Translations under genes and position numbers: made by a program
In this document: positions 51,126 through 62,412 of the stretch, piece by piece
Numbering within the stretch: position 1 is the first letter of the stretch
Layout: each line of letters starts with the position of its first letter
The notes under the pieces: generated by a model
Databases searched by the model: none
What the model was told of the DNA's origin: nothing
What the model saw: only the letters and a program-made list of their open reading frames with translations
Assembly: GCA_963771275.1 (NCBI GenBank)
Contig: CAVYSW010000009.1
Coordinates: 1-64,000 of the forward strand
Origin: an uncultured Gemmatimonadales bacterium
GTDB lineage: Bacteria > Gemmatimonadota > Gemmatimonadetes > Gemmatimonadales > GWC2-71-9
Reading direction: 5' to 3'
Length of the DNA: 64,000 nucleotides

Positions 51126-51150
51126 TACGGGGGCCGCGGCCCGAGGTTTC
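51126..51150 (-). promoter_or_regulatory. ECF sigma (SigW-like) promoter
   Basis: GAAAC-N16-CGTA, 27 nt before ATG 51098. Confidence 0.65.
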
Positions 51151-51177
51151 GCGCTGCAACGGAGCCGCGCCGCCGCA

Positions 51178-51522
51178 TCACGTGGCCCGGCGCTGCAGCG
51201 CGCCCACCAGCGCCGCGGCCGCGGCGGCGGCGATTGCCGGGAGCGCGAGGGTGAGCAGGAGCGGCACCCATCCCGGAACGCCCATGATGCCACCGAGCTT
51301 GCGGGACAGCTCTCCCACGGGGCCGGCGGTCGCGCGCAGGGCGAGCAGCAGCACCCAGCCGAGGGCCGCGCCCACCGCGCTCGTCGCGACCGGGTACCCT
51401 TCCCCCCGCGCGGCCGCTCCCCAGGCAGCGGCCACCAGCGGGACCGTCCACCACCCAATCCACCACGTCGCACCCGCCACGGCGAGTGCCAGGACGCCGA
51501 TCTGGACCAGCGCGCGCCTCAT
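51178..51522 (-). CDS. Hypothetical membrane protein
   Basis: Hydrophobic helices, GWWTVP motif; overlaps the acylase stop. Confidence 0.7.
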   Translation of the reverse strand: MRRALVQIGVLALAVAGATWWIGWWTVPLVAAAWGAAARGEGYPVATSAVGAALGWVLLLALRATAGPVGELSRKLGGIMGVPGWVPLLLTLALPAIAAAAAAALVGALQRRAT

Positions 51523-54008
51523 CGCCGTCCTCCCGTCGCCACGACCTCACGCAGTCGCCGCTCCGCCGGCAGCGCCGCCGGGTCCGTGGGGAACGGCAGC
51601 TCGTCGAGCTCGCCGTTGGCCCATTTCGGGATGCGGTCGGCGTACCACGGACTGAGCGGATTGCCCGACTGGCCGCCGGGGTAGACGCCCCACGCACGCA
51701 CCACGGGGCCAAGGTCCACGACCATGCGCCAGCTGGCGCCGTGCGTCCCGCTGCCCGCCGACGGGTTCAGCAGTCCGGGCCCGCCCTGGACCGGGATGTC
51801 GAGCGCGGAGAGGCTCCGCATGCGCAGCAGGTGCCAGATGTTCTGGTGGCGCACCGCGTCCCAGCGCCAGCCGCCCCGGTCGGGGGGGCCGTGTTCCGCG
51901 ACCAGCCGGCGATAGCCGGACGCGAGACTCGCGGCGAGGATCTGATCGCGCGTTTCCACGACGGCCGGTGTCCGGTGGTCGTCCCACCACGGGCTCGACG
52001 GCCGGCGCAGCAGGGCGGCGAGCACGGTGCTGGACGGCGAGAACGTGCGCCGGCCCGTCGTGTCGCCCGGGACGGCCAGCTCGTCCCAGGTGGCGGCGTC
52101 GAGCGCCTGCATGGCATACTCGAACAGCACCGCCCGCTCGTTGTCCTTGGTGTAGCGCCGGTCCCACTCGCCGAGCAGCCGCGCGGCGGTGCGCATGTCG
52201 TCGGTCGCGCGGCCCGCCAGGGCCTCCCGCTCGACCGCCCCCAGCAGCTCGGGCGCGAACCAGTCGGCGCGCGCGCTCCCCGGATCCGTCTGGAAGCGGC
52301 GCATCGCCTCGGGCGTGATCGACGAGTCGCGACGCAGCAGCGTGTTGATCCAGATGGCCCGCCAGGGCGCCGGCCAGTTGGCGCCGAGGTAGGTGGAATC
52401 CGCGGCGGGGTCGACGGGCTGCTGGTTGGCGGACGCCAAGTACCCCTGGGCCGGGTCGAGGGCGTAGGGGAACTGCGCCGGCGGCAGGAAGCCGCGCCAG
52501 TCGCTCGCGCTGGTGCCGCCGTCACGGATCGTGAGGCCGTTCCCGCCCGGCGGACGGATCGGATAGGCGCCCGCGGACAGCACGGCGATCTCGCCGCTCC
52601 GGTCGGCCACCACGCCGTTCTGGATCGGCGCGCGGAACGGCTCCATCGCCCGCACCCACTCGGCGACCGAGTGCGCGTGCGCGGCGTGCCACAGCGCGAG
52701 CACCGCGTCCTGCCGCTCGAGCACCGTCCACCGCATCGAGCGCGCGTGGCCCCCGGCGCGCAGCAGCGGGCCGCGCTGCGTGAAGTACAGCGTATCCACG
52801 GCGAGCACCGCGCCGTTCGGACCACGGTACGTCTCGAGCTGACTCTCCAGCGGGCGCCACGCGCCGTCCAGCTGGTAGCGGGTGGGGCTGACGGAGTCGT
52901 CGAGCACCTCGTCATAGAAGTCGAGCGCGTCGGCGCCGGTGTTCGTGAAGCTCCACGCGATGTCGCGGTTGAATCCGATCGGCACGATCGGGCCGCCGGG
53001 GAACGTGACGCCGTAGACGTCGAGCTCGCCGGCCACGACGAGGTGGGCCTCGAACCAGATGGAGGGCAGTGAGAGATCGAGGTGCGGATCACCGGCCAGC
53101 AGGGCGTGCCCGTCGGCCGAGCGCCACGGCGCGACCACCCAATTGTTGCTGGCCTCGCCCCGCTCCTCCCCCCCCCTCTCTTCTCTGCTCCCCTGCCCCT
53201 CTCCCCCCGGGGCGGTGTGGCCGGGCAGGGGAATCTCCCCCCCCTCCACCCGCAGTCCCGTCCGGGTCGGGACGATCGGCTCCTGGATCGGGCTGTTCAC
53301 CGGCATCAGGGCGGCGGCGGTCGCGGGACCGACGGCGGCGGTGAGCCGCTCGTAGGTCAGCTCCTCGGGCAGGTAGGCCAGCACATACCCCATCCGCTTC
53401 ATGAGGGAGAAGCTGTTCACCGGTTGCCAGCGCGCCGGCCGGACGCCGAGCAGGCGGTACTCGAGCGGGAGGTCGCCGGGGCCGAGCTCGTCGATCCGCG
53501 CGTTGACGCCTTCGGCGTAGGCGTTCACGAGGCGCGCCAGCTCGGACGTGGAATCGAGCGCCGCGTACTCGGCCGTCGCGCTCCGGGCGAGACCGAGCCG
53601 GCGCTGCTCGCGGTCGAACCCGAGCACGGCCGGCCCGAGCCACTCGCTCAGCGTCCCGTTGGTGGCCCGCGTCTGGAGCTCGAGCTGAAACAGGCGGAAC
53701 CGCGCGTGCAGGTAGCCGAGCATGCGGGCGGCGTCGGCGGTGGTGCGCGCGAAGATGTGCGGCACCGCGCGCTCGTCGAACACGACGCGGACGCTGTCGG
53801 CCAGCGTCGGCAGGGTGATGCGCGCGCCCGGGAGATCGGGGGCCGCGGCCACCGCCCACACGCCGTGCGCCGGGTCGAGGAACGTCCCGAGCGGCGGCAG
53901 CGCCCCGACCCGCCGGAACCCCGCGAACAGGACGGCCGCGAGCACGACCGCCGGCCCCCCCGCGCGCAGGCCGCGCCCGACCCACCGCACGAGGCGCTCG
54001 CGTGGCAT
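51519..54008 (-). CDS. Penicillin acylase family (Ntn hydrolase)
   Basis: VPHIFA, SNNWVV nucleophile, GDPHL, PGGQSGNP. Confidence 0.93.
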   Translation of the reverse strand: MPRERLVRWVGRGLRAGGPAVVLAAVLFAGFRRVGALPPLGTFLDPAHGVWAVAAAPDLPGARITLPTLADSVRVVFDERAVPHIFARTTADAARMLGYLHARFRLFQLELQTRATNGTLSEWLGPAVLGFDREQRRLGLARSATAEYAALDSTSELARLVNAYAEGVNARIDELGPGDLPLEYRLLGVRPARWQPVNSFSLMKRMGYVLAYLPEELTYERLTAAVGPATAAALMPVNSPIQEPIVPTRTGLRVEGGEIPLPGHTAPGGEGQGSREERGGEERGEASNNWVVAPWRSADGHALLAGDPHLDLSLPSIWFEAHLVVAGELDVYGVTFPGGPIVPIGFNRDIAWSFTNTGADALDFYDEVLDDSVSPTRYQLDGAWRPLESQLETYRGPNGAVLAVDTLYFTQRGPLLRAGGHARSMRWTVLERQDAVLALWHAAHAHSVAEWVRAMEPFRAPIQNGVVADRSGEIAVLSAGAYPIRPPGGNGLTIRDGGTSASDWRGFLPPAQFPYALDPAQGYLASANQQPVDPAADSTYLGANWPAPWRAIWINTLLRRDSSITPEAMRRFQTDPGSARADWFAPELLGAVEREALAGRATDDMRTAARLLGEWDRRYTKDNERAVLFEYAMQALDAATWDELAVPGDTTGRRTFSPSSTVLAALLRRPSSPWWDDHRTPAVVETRDQILAASLASGYRRLVAEHGPPDRGGWRWDAVRHQNIWHLLRMRSLSALDIPVQGGPGLLNPSAGSGTHGASWRMVVDLGPVVRAWGVYPGGQSGNPLSPWYADRIPKWANGELDELPFPTDPAALPAERRLREVVATGGRR

Positions 54009-54310
54009 CAGCAGGTCATCCGGTGAAAGCCCGTGAGCTGGCGCACTGGTGCATCTCCCTGTCGGAAGCGGGGACCGTGGCGGGTCGGTGGTGGAAGATA
54101 CGAACGGGCCGCAACGGAAATCCAGATCAGCGGGGAAGAAGGGGCAGAGATGAGAGGATCCCCCTCACCCCTGCCCCGCTTCCCCTAGGGGTAGGGACGG
54201 CCGCGGGGCTGGGTCCGGGGGTGGGGTCGTCGCGCCGCGTACCGCCTCGTATCTTTCAGGGTGTCGCACCGTTCACAGGAGCCGTTGGCACCATTGGCGC
54301 CGGAGGACAC

Positions 54311-55657
<1,347 letters not shown>

Positions 55658-55779
55658 GCGATAGCCGATAGCCGATAGCCGTTAGCCGTTAGCCGATAGT
55701 ACGAAGGAGCCCCGGGGGTCTTCCCCGGGGCTTCCGGCTTCCTACCATCGATCGGCTGTCGGCCATCGGCCATCGGCTA
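55658..55779. repeat. Inverted heptamer arrays around a bidirectional terminator-like hairpin
   Basis: (GATAGCC/GTTAGCC)n at 55660-55699, hairpin GGAGCCCCGGGG...CCCCGGGGCTTCC, complementary (GGCCATC/GGCTGTC)n at 55748-55779. Confidence 0.75.
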
Positions 55780-57660
55780 CCCCCCGATCCCCGGAATCCC
55801 GATCAGCGCTTTCGCCCGGGCTTCGAGATCCCGCTTGGCCTGATCGAGCCGCTGCCGCTCGGCGGCCACCCGGTCGAGCGCCTGCGTCTGGAACGCGCTC
55901 ACCGCATCCTGGGCCTGGGTGACCCGCTGATCCACGAGCGCGTCCACCCGCGCGCGGACGGTGGCTTCGGTCTCGGCGAGCTGCCGGCCGACCTGCTCGC
56001 GCAGGCCATCGGCCACCGCGCGCGCCACGTTGGACCCCACGGCGAGCCGCGGCCGTTGCACCGACCCGGTGAGCCGGGCGTCGATCCGCACGTCGGTGAG
56101 CCCCGTGAGCGTGCGCCACAGGATGCCCTCGGCGGCGCCCTGCAGCGACTGCCCCACGGCCCGCGCATCGAGCCGCCCTCCCCCGGCCGCTGCGGCCGGC
56201 GCTGCCGCCCCGGCCGTGTCGGCAAGGCGTCCCCAGTGCAGGTCGGACGACGACCACGTGAACCGCGTGTCGAGGCTGTCGCCCACGCGGCGCAGCACCA
56301 GCTCGGTGGTGCCGCGTCCCAACCCCAGCTCCGCGCCGAGCGGGGCGAGGGCGATCGTCGGGAGCCGCACGTCCCCGACGAACGCGCTGAGCGAATCCCG
56401 GATCGTCTGACCGACGTGGTTCAGCAGCCCGCCCACCCGCACCGTCCCCGGTCCCACCCTGCCCTCGGTGCGCGCGGCCTGGAACGTGGTCGGTCGCCCG
56501 AGCAGGTCCGGATCCGACGTCGCGTCCACCACCCGCGCGGCGTAGTTGCCCGCGCCGGCCCCGCTGCCGCCGATCGCGAGGGTGGCTTCCGCGAGGTGCA
56601 GCAGGAAGCTCGGCAGGCGCTCTCGCTGCGGGAACACGACGGTGCTGCCGGCCGCGCGCGCGCGATCGGGGCCCTGGTGCAGCCGCGCCTTGAGGCCCGG
56701 CGGCATGTACCGCTCGGCGATCCCCAGCCAATAGAGCACCGGCGCGAGCTGCTGGGCCGCGAACCGGCCGAACAGCGCGGGCCCGAGGCTGGGCGCGTCG
56801 AGCGAAGGCAGCTTGAGCAGCCCCATGGCGTACGCGTAGTCGACGCGGCGGGCGTCGGCCAGGGCGGCAAGCCCGCCCCGCGCCCGGGCCACCCCGGAGT
56901 CGACGCCGCGTTGCAGCCCCGCCAGTCGATTGTCGAGCTGCGTGAGCGCGGTGATCGTGCGCTGGGCGGAGCTCGCGGCGTCGCGCGCCCCGGCGAGGCC
57001 GAGCGAGCGCACGCTCTGGCCCTCGAGCCGCTGCGCGAGCGCCACGGCGGAGTCGATCTGCGGCCGCGGATCGAGCTGGGTCACACGCTCGAGCCACGCG
57101 GCGCGCGCCGAGTCGGCCAGCGCCGCGAGGGCGCGCGCCTGGCGCAGCGTGGTGAGGCTCTCGGGCGAGACCGCTTCCACGTTCACCGCCCGCCCGAGTC
57201 CCGCGAGCGAGAACTCGGGGATCGGCAGCTGCGCGAGCCACGACTGGACCGCCCGCCCGACTTCGCCGGAGCGGCCTTGGGGATCGGCGATCGCGCCCGA
57301 CGTGCGGCGCGGCGTGCCGAACCGGAGCCCGCGGAACGCGACGGTGTCGATGATGACCTTCTTCTCGAGCAGCGGCGCCATGCGGACGTTCACGACGATC
57401 CGGTCGGCCTCGATCAGGTTGGTCATCGGGCTGCGCGGGTTCGTGACCGCGAGGCCCTCGAGCATCACCACGCCGTCGCGCAGCCGCACGTCGGCGGCGG
57501 CGAGATCGACCTTCGCCCCGACGAACGCCGTGCCCCCGGCCTCCACGCCGCGGCGCACCAGCGAGTCGGCCAGCAGCCAGTACAGCACGCCCACCAGCAC
57601 CAGGAACGCCGCCAGCGGGCCGATCGCCTTCCAGCGAAACAGCTTGCGGCGGGGCGTCAT
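55777..57660 (-). CDS. TIGR03545 family protein (AsmA-like)
   Basis: FRWKAI, VGAKVDL, TNPRSPMTNL, PLLEKKVII; paired with TIGR03546. Confidence 0.82.
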   Translation of the reverse strand: MTPRRKLFRWKAIGPLAAFLVLVGVLYWLLADSLVRRGVEAGGTAFVGAKVDLAAADVRLRDGVVMLEGLAVTNPRSPMTNLIEADRIVVNVRMAPLLEKKVIIDTVAFRGLRFGTPRRTSGAIADPQGRSGEVGRAVQSWLAQLPIPEFSLAGLGRAVNVEAVSPESLTTLRQARALAALADSARAAWLERVTQLDPRPQIDSAVALAQRLEGQSVRSLGLAGARDAASSAQRTITALTQLDNRLAGLQRGVDSGVARARGGLAALADARRVDYAYAMGLLKLPSLDAPSLGPALFGRFAAQQLAPVLYWLGIAERYMPPGLKARLHQGPDRARAAGSTVVFPQRERLPSFLLHLAEATLAIGGSGAGAGNYAARVVDATSDPDLLGRPTTFQAARTEGRVGPGTVRVGGLLNHVGQTIRDSLSAFVGDVRLPTIALAPLGAELGLGRGTTELVLRRVGDSLDTRFTWSSSDLHWGRLADTAGAAAPAAAAGGGRLDARAVGQSLQGAAEGILWRTLTGLTDVRIDARLTGSVQRPRLAVGSNVARAVADGLREQVGRQLAETEATVRARVDALVDQRVTQAQDAVSAFQTQALDRVAAERQRLDQAKRDLEARAKALIGIPGIGG

Positions 57661-58172
57661 GGCCGGAACAGGGTGTAGACGTTGTACAGCTTGGACGCCG
57701 TGACCGCCTGGAACGCGCGGGTCCGCCGCAGCCGCTCGTAGACCGTCGCGCGATACGTGGCGACCGCCCAGCGCAACAGGAAGAACAGCGGCACGAACGC
57801 GACGGCCCAGCAGACGAAGCTCCCGAGCACGATCGTGTTGTTGAAGTTCGTGAGCGGCACGACCGGGGCGTTGTAGCACCAGGTCCAGAACGGCGTCAGC
57901 GCCGGCAGCCCCACCAGCAGCGTGCGGCCGACGAGGTCGAACAGCGGGTCGAGCGCGAACCCCACGGGTACGAACACCGCCCAGCCGAGCATCACGCCGG
58001 GGAACGACACGTTGACGATGATCGCCAGGCTGAACAGCACGAGGTTATGGAGGTTCATCAGCGGCGTCAGCCCGAGCACGGCCCCCAGCGCGATCCCCGC
58101 GGCCACCTGGCCCGGCGTGCCCTCGGAGTTGAGCGCCTTGACCAGGGACTGGAGCAGCTTGAGGAGGAGCAT
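57657..58172 (-). CDS. TIGR03546 family membrane protein
   Basis: LNSEGTPGQVAAG...GLTP...FNNTIVLGS. Confidence 0.88.
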   Translation of the reverse strand: MLLLKLLQSLVKALNSEGTPGQVAAGIALGAVLGLTPLMNLHNLVLFSLAIIVNVSFPGVMLGWAVFVPVGFALDPLFDLVGRTLLVGLPALTPFWTWCYNAPVVPLTNFNNTIVLGSFVCWAVAFVPLFFLLRWAVATYRATVYERLRRTRAFQAVTASKLYNVYTLFRP

Positions 58173-58209
58173 GGCCCGAATGTCGTCGGCGGAGGTCGAG
58201 TTGTCCAGA

Positions 58210-58320
58210 GAGTGAAAAGTGCGACGGGAAAAGTGAAAAGGGAGAGCGCGCACGAGGTCCGTTTTCACTCTTCACTTTTCACTTTTCACTTTTCACTCCA
58301 TCTCTCGCTTTTCACTCTCA
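58210..58320. repeat. Heptamer repeat hairpin (AGTGAAA)n/(TTTCACT)n in a divergent intergenic region
   Basis: AGTGAAAAGTG...AAAAGTGAAAAG followed by TTTTCACTCTTCACTTTTCACTTTTCACTTTTCACT. Confidence 0.85.
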
Positions 58321-58337
58321 CGCCGTATCTTCCTGCC

Positions 58338-60482
58338 ATGTCCGCCCCCCCGCACCCGCACACGCTCGACCCGATTCTCCGGCCGCGTTCCATCGCGGTG
58401 ATCGGGGCGTCGCGGCAGCCGAACACGATCGGCTGGCAGATCCTCGACAACCTGCTGCGGTACGGGTTCCAGGGACCGGTTTACCCGGTGAACCCCAAGG
58501 CGGCGGCGATCCACTCGGTGCCGGCGTACCCGTCGGTCGGGGCGATCGGCGCGCCGGTGGATCTGGCCGTGATCACGGTCCCCAAGGACGCCGTGATCGC
58601 CGTCGCACGGGAGTGCGTCGCCGCCGGCGTGCGGGGGCTGGTGGTGATCTCGGCCGGGTTCAAGGAAGTGGGCGGCGCCGGGATCGAGCGGGAGCGGGTG
58701 CTACGCGAGGTGATCCGGGCGGCGGGCATCCGGATGGTGGGGCCCAACTGCATGGGGGTCATCAACACCGAGCCCGACGTGCAGATGAACGCGACGTTCG
58801 CGCCGATCACGCCGCCGCCCGGCCCCGTGGCGTTCATGAGCCAGTCGGGCGCGATGGGGCTGAGCGTGCTGGACTACGCGCACAGCCTGGGGATCGGGTT
58901 CTCCTCGTTCGTGTCCGCCGGCAACAAGGCCGACGTGAGCGGCAACGACTGCATCGAGTACTGGGAGCGCGACCCCCACACCTCGATGATCCTCATGTAC
59001 CTCGAGAATTTCGGCTCGCCCCGGCGGTTCGTGGAGCTGGGCCGGCGGGTCACGCGCGCCAAGCCGATCTGCGTGGTGAAGTCGGGCCGCACGGGGGCGG
59101 GCGCCCGGGCCGCCGCCTCGCACACGGGAGCCCTCGCCGGGGCGGAGCTCGCGACCGACGCGATCATCGCCCAGGCCGGCGCCATCCGGGCGCAGACGGT
59201 GGAAGAGCTGTTCGACCTGGCAATGGCGTTTTCGAACCAGCCGCTCCCCCAGGGCAACCGCGTGGCGATCGTGACCAACGCGGGCGGCCCGGGGATCATC
59301 ATCGCCGACGCCTGCGAGGCGGCCGGCATGGAGGTGGCGCGGCTCACCCCCGCGACGGAGGCCGAGCTGCGCGCGCAGCTGCCGGAAGAGGCGAGCGTGC
59401 GGAACCCGGTGGACATGATCGCGAGCGCGCGGCCGGAAGGCTACGAGTTCGCGCTCGACTGCGTGCTGCGCGATCCCAACGTGGACGCCGCGTTCGCCGC
59501 GTTCGTACCGCCGCTCGGCATCCAGACCCGTCACGTGGCGGAAGCGATCGTGCAGGTCAACGCTCGGCATCCCGACAAACCGCTGATCGCCGTGCTGATG
59601 GGGCGCGAGGGGCTGCCGGCTGGCCTCGCCGAGCTGCACGAGGCCAAGGTGCCCGCCTACATCTTCCCGGAATCGGCGGCCCGGGCGCTCGGCGCCATGT
59701 GGCGCTACCGGGAATACACCCGCCGGCAGCCCGGCCGGCCGGTGGCGTTCGCCACCGACGACGCCGCGGTCGCCGCGATCCTCGACGCGACCCTGGCCCG
59801 GGGGCACCATAAGGTGAGCGAGCCCGACGCGCTCAGGATCCTCGAGGCGTACGGCATCGCGGTGGCCCCCTGGCGGTTCGTGCCGGGCGCCGACCCGGCG
59901 CCGCTGGCATGCGACGCCGCCACGGCCGCGCGGGCGCTCGGCTTCCCGGTCGCGCTCAAGCTGGTCTCCCCCGACATCACGCATAAGACCGACGCCGGCG
60001 GCGTGGTGTTGGATCTGGAAGATGAAGACGCGGTGAGGCGAGCGGCGAGGGAGATGCTCGGGCAGGAGCGGCAGGAGCGGCAGACGGGGGAGGACGGGAG
60101 GGGGCTCCTGGTGCAGCAGATGGCGCCGCCGGGACGGGAGACGATCGTGGGCCTCACGCGCATGCCCGGCGTCGGCGCGATGGTGATGTTCGGGCTCGGC
60201 GGCGTGTACGTCGAGGTGCTGCGCGACGTCGTGCTGCGGCTCGCGCCCTTGCTCGACAGCGATGCCGCCCACATGGTCCGCGCGGTGCGCACCGCGAAGC
60301 TGCTCGAGGGCATCCGCGGCGAGCCGGCGCGCGACCTCGCCGCCCTCGAGGACGCGTTGCTCCGCGTGTCCCAGCTCGCCGAACGGCACCCGCGGATCGC
60401 GGAGATGGACGTCAATCCGCTGCTGGCGCTGGAGCGCGGGGCCGTGGCCCTGGATGCGCGCGTCCAGCTCGACGCCGCATGA
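58338..60482 (+). CDS. Acetate-CoA ligase (ADP-forming), fused alpha/beta
   Basis: SIAVIGAS, GPNCMG, SQSGA, AASHTGALAG, HKTDAGGV, EMDVNPL. Confidence 0.92.
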   Translation: MSAPPHPHTLDPILRPRSIAVIGASRQPNTIGWQILDNLLRYGFQGPVYPVNPKAAAIHSVPAYPSVGAIGAPVDLAVITVPKDAVIAVARECVAAGVRGLVVISAGFKEVGGAGIERERVLREVIRAAGIRMVGPNCMGVINTEPDVQMNATFAPITPPPGPVAFMSQSGAMGLSVLDYAHSLGIGFSSFVSAGNKADVSGNDCIEYWERDPHTSMILMYLENFGSPRRFVELGRRVTRAKPICVVKSGRTGAGARAAASHTGALAGAELATDAIIAQAGAIRAQTVEELFDLAMAFSNQPLPQGNRVAIVTNAGGPGIIIADACEAAGMEVARLTPATEAELRAQLPEEASVRNPVDMIASARPEGYEFALDCVLRDPNVDAAFAAFVPPLGIQTRHVAEAIVQVNARHPDKPLIAVLMGREGLPAGLAELHEAKVPAYIFPESAARALGAMWRYREYTRRQPGRPVAFATDDAAVAAILDATLARGHHKVSEPDALRILEAYGIAVAPWRFVPGADPAPLACDAATAARALGFPVALKLVSPDITHKTDAGGVVLDLEDEDAVRRAAREMLGQERQERQTGEDGRGLLVQQMAPPGRETIVGLTRMPGVGAMVMFGLGGVYVEVLRDVVLRLAPLLDSDAAHMVRAVRTAKLLEGIRGEPARDLAALEDALLRVSQLAERHPRIAEMDVNPLLALERGAVALDARVQLDAA

Positions 60483-61387
60483 GAGTGTTCCTGACGGGCG
60501 GCACCGGCTTCGTCGGGCGGCACCTCGTGCGCGCCCTGGTGGCGCGCGACGCGGAGTGCGTCGTGGTCTCGCGCAGCGGGCGCGACCCCTGGTCGGACCC
60601 GCGGGTCCGGGTGGTGCGCGGCGATCCCGCGCGGTCGGGCCCCTGGCAGGCCGCCATCGCGGGCACCGATGCCGTGATCAACCTGGCGGGCGCCGTGATC
60701 GTCGACCCGCCGCACCGCTGGACCGAGAGCCGCAAGCTGCTGCTGCGGACCAGCCGGACCGAGGCCACGTTCTGCGTGGTCGAGGGCATGCGCGCCGCCG
60801 ATCCGCGACCGCACGTGCTGGTCTCCATGTCGGCGATGGGATACTACGGCTCGCGCGGCGACGCGGAGCTCGACGAAACGGCGCCACCGGGCGACGATTT
60901 CCTGGCGGGCCTGTGCGTGGAGTGGGAGGAGGCGGCGCGCAGCGCGCAGGATGTCGCCCGGGTGGCGATCCTGCGGTCCGGCATGGTGCTCGGTCCGGAC
61001 GGCGGCGTCCTCGAGCGCCTGCTGCCGCCGTTCCGGCTGGGGGTGGGCGGGCCGTGGGGCAGCGGCAGGCAGTGGTGGTCGTGGATCCACATCGCGGACC
61101 TGATCGGGCTGGTCGTGCTCCTGCTGGAACGGGACATCGCCGGAGCCGTGAACGCGACCACGCCCCACCCGGTCCCGGTGAACGAGTTCGCGCGCGTGCT
61201 CGGCGCCGCCCTGGGCCGGCCGGCGTTCACGCGCATGCCGGAGATCGCCCTGCGGGTGGCGCTGGGAGAGGCGGCCGACGCGCTGCTGGCGTCGCTCCGC
61301 GTGCTGCCGCGCCGCGCGCGCGACGCGGGCTACACGTTCCGGTTTCCCGAGCTCGCCGCCGCGCTGGCGGACGTGGTCCAGCGCTGA
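60479..61387 (+). CDS. TIGR01777 family NAD-dependent epimerase/oxidoreductase
   Basis: TGGTGFVG, INLAG, GSGRQWWSWIH. Confidence 0.92.
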   Translation: MRVFLTGGTGFVGRHLVRALVARDAECVVVSRSGRDPWSDPRVRVVRGDPARSGPWQAAIAGTDAVINLAGAVIVDPPHRWTESRKLLLRTSRTEATFCVVEGMRAADPRPHVLVSMSAMGYYGSRGDAELDETAPPGDDFLAGLCVEWEEAARSAQDVARVAILRSGMVLGPDGGVLERLLPPFRLGVGGPWGSGRQWWSWIHIADLIGLVVLLLERDIAGAVNATTPHPVPVNEFARVLGAALGRPAFTRMPEIALRVALGEAADALLASLRVLPRRARDAGYTFRFPELAAALADVVQR

Positions 61388-61389
61388 CG

Positions 61390-62412
61390 GTGCGGGATTA
61401 CCTCTCCAGCGGCTTCGTCCTGGAGCACGCGCCCGATCGGCTACTCGTGGCGTGGGGACCGTTCGCGGCGCGCGCCACGCGGATCCCGGACCGGCTCGGC
61501 TGCTACGCCCCGGATTTCTTCCTCGACGACCCCGCGCCGTGGCACCACCCCGCCGGCTGGCAGGTGATGACGCGCGCCGAGCTCAGGGCCGCGCTGGGAC
61601 CCGCGCCGCGCGCGCCGGCCGTGTCGTGGACGCCACCGGCGCGCGACGCGTATCTCGCGCTCTACCGGGCGGTGATGCAGGCGATCGGCGAGGGATCGAT
61701 CGCCAAGGCGGTCCCCGTGCTGATCGAGCGGGGGCGCGCCGCCGCGGCGGGGGCGCTGGTGCATGCGCTGCTCGCGCGCGTGCTCGACGTGCCGCCGGGG
61801 AGCGCCGTGTACGGGCACTGGACCCCCGGGGCCGGCATGCTCGGCGCGACGCCGGAGATCCTGTTCCGCGCCGACGGGTGCCGCGTGGAAACCGCGGCGA
61901 TCGCCAGCACCCGACCGCTCGAGGCCGCCGCCGAGCTGCTGACGGACCGCAAGGAGCTGGCCGAGCACAAGAGCGTCGTGGACGACCTCCACGAGGCGCT
62001 CGGCCGGTTCGGAGACGTGGGGGTCGGGCCGCTCGACGTGCTGTCGCTCCCCGCGCTGGCCCACCTGCGTACCACGCTGTCCGTCGACGCGGCGCGCCCG
62101 CCCGGCTTCGCGGCGCTGGTCCAGGCGCTGCACCCCACGGCGGCGCTCGGCGTGGCGCCGCGCTCCGCCGGGCTCGGCCTGCTGCGCGCGCTCGACCGCG
62201 ACGTCGGGCGGCGCCGGTTCGGCGCCCCGATCGGCGTCGAGTGGCCCGACGGCAGCGCCACGTGCCTCGTCGCGATTCGGGGCGTGCAGTGGGAGGGCAC
62301 CGAGCTGTCGCTGGCGGCGGGCGGCGGCGTCATCGCCCGCAGCCGGCCCGAGCGCGAGTGGGAGGAGCTGGTCCTCAAGCGCGCCGCCGTGAAGGACATG
62401 CTCGGCCTGTGA
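61390..62412 (+). CDS. menF: Isochorismate synthase (chorismate-binding protein)
   Basis: KAVP, GATPEIL, KELAEH, LHPTAALG, AIRG, AGGGV; upstream of menD. Confidence 0.8.
   Translation: MRDYLSSGFVLEHAPDRLLVAWGPFAARATRIPDRLGCYAPDFFLDDPAPWHHPAGWQVMTRAELRAALGPAPRAPAVSWTPPARDAYLALYRAVMQAIGEGSIAKAVPVLIERGRAAAAGALVHALLARVLDVPPGSAVYGHWTPGAGMLGATPEILFRADGCRVETAAIASTRPLEAAAELLTDRKELAEHKSVVDDLHEALGRFGDVGVGPLDVLSLPALAHLRTTLSVDAARPPGFAALVQALHPTAALGVAPRSAGLGLLRALDRDVGRRRFGAPIGVEWPDGSATCLVAIRGVQWEGTELSLAAGGGVIARSRPEREWEELVLKRAAVKDMLGL

Noticed and set aside
60262..62408. N-terminal extensions of MenF (716 aa) and MenD (838 aa) in the ORF track
   Set aside because: They overlap genuine upstream genes; coupled GTG starts exist at 61390 and 62409.
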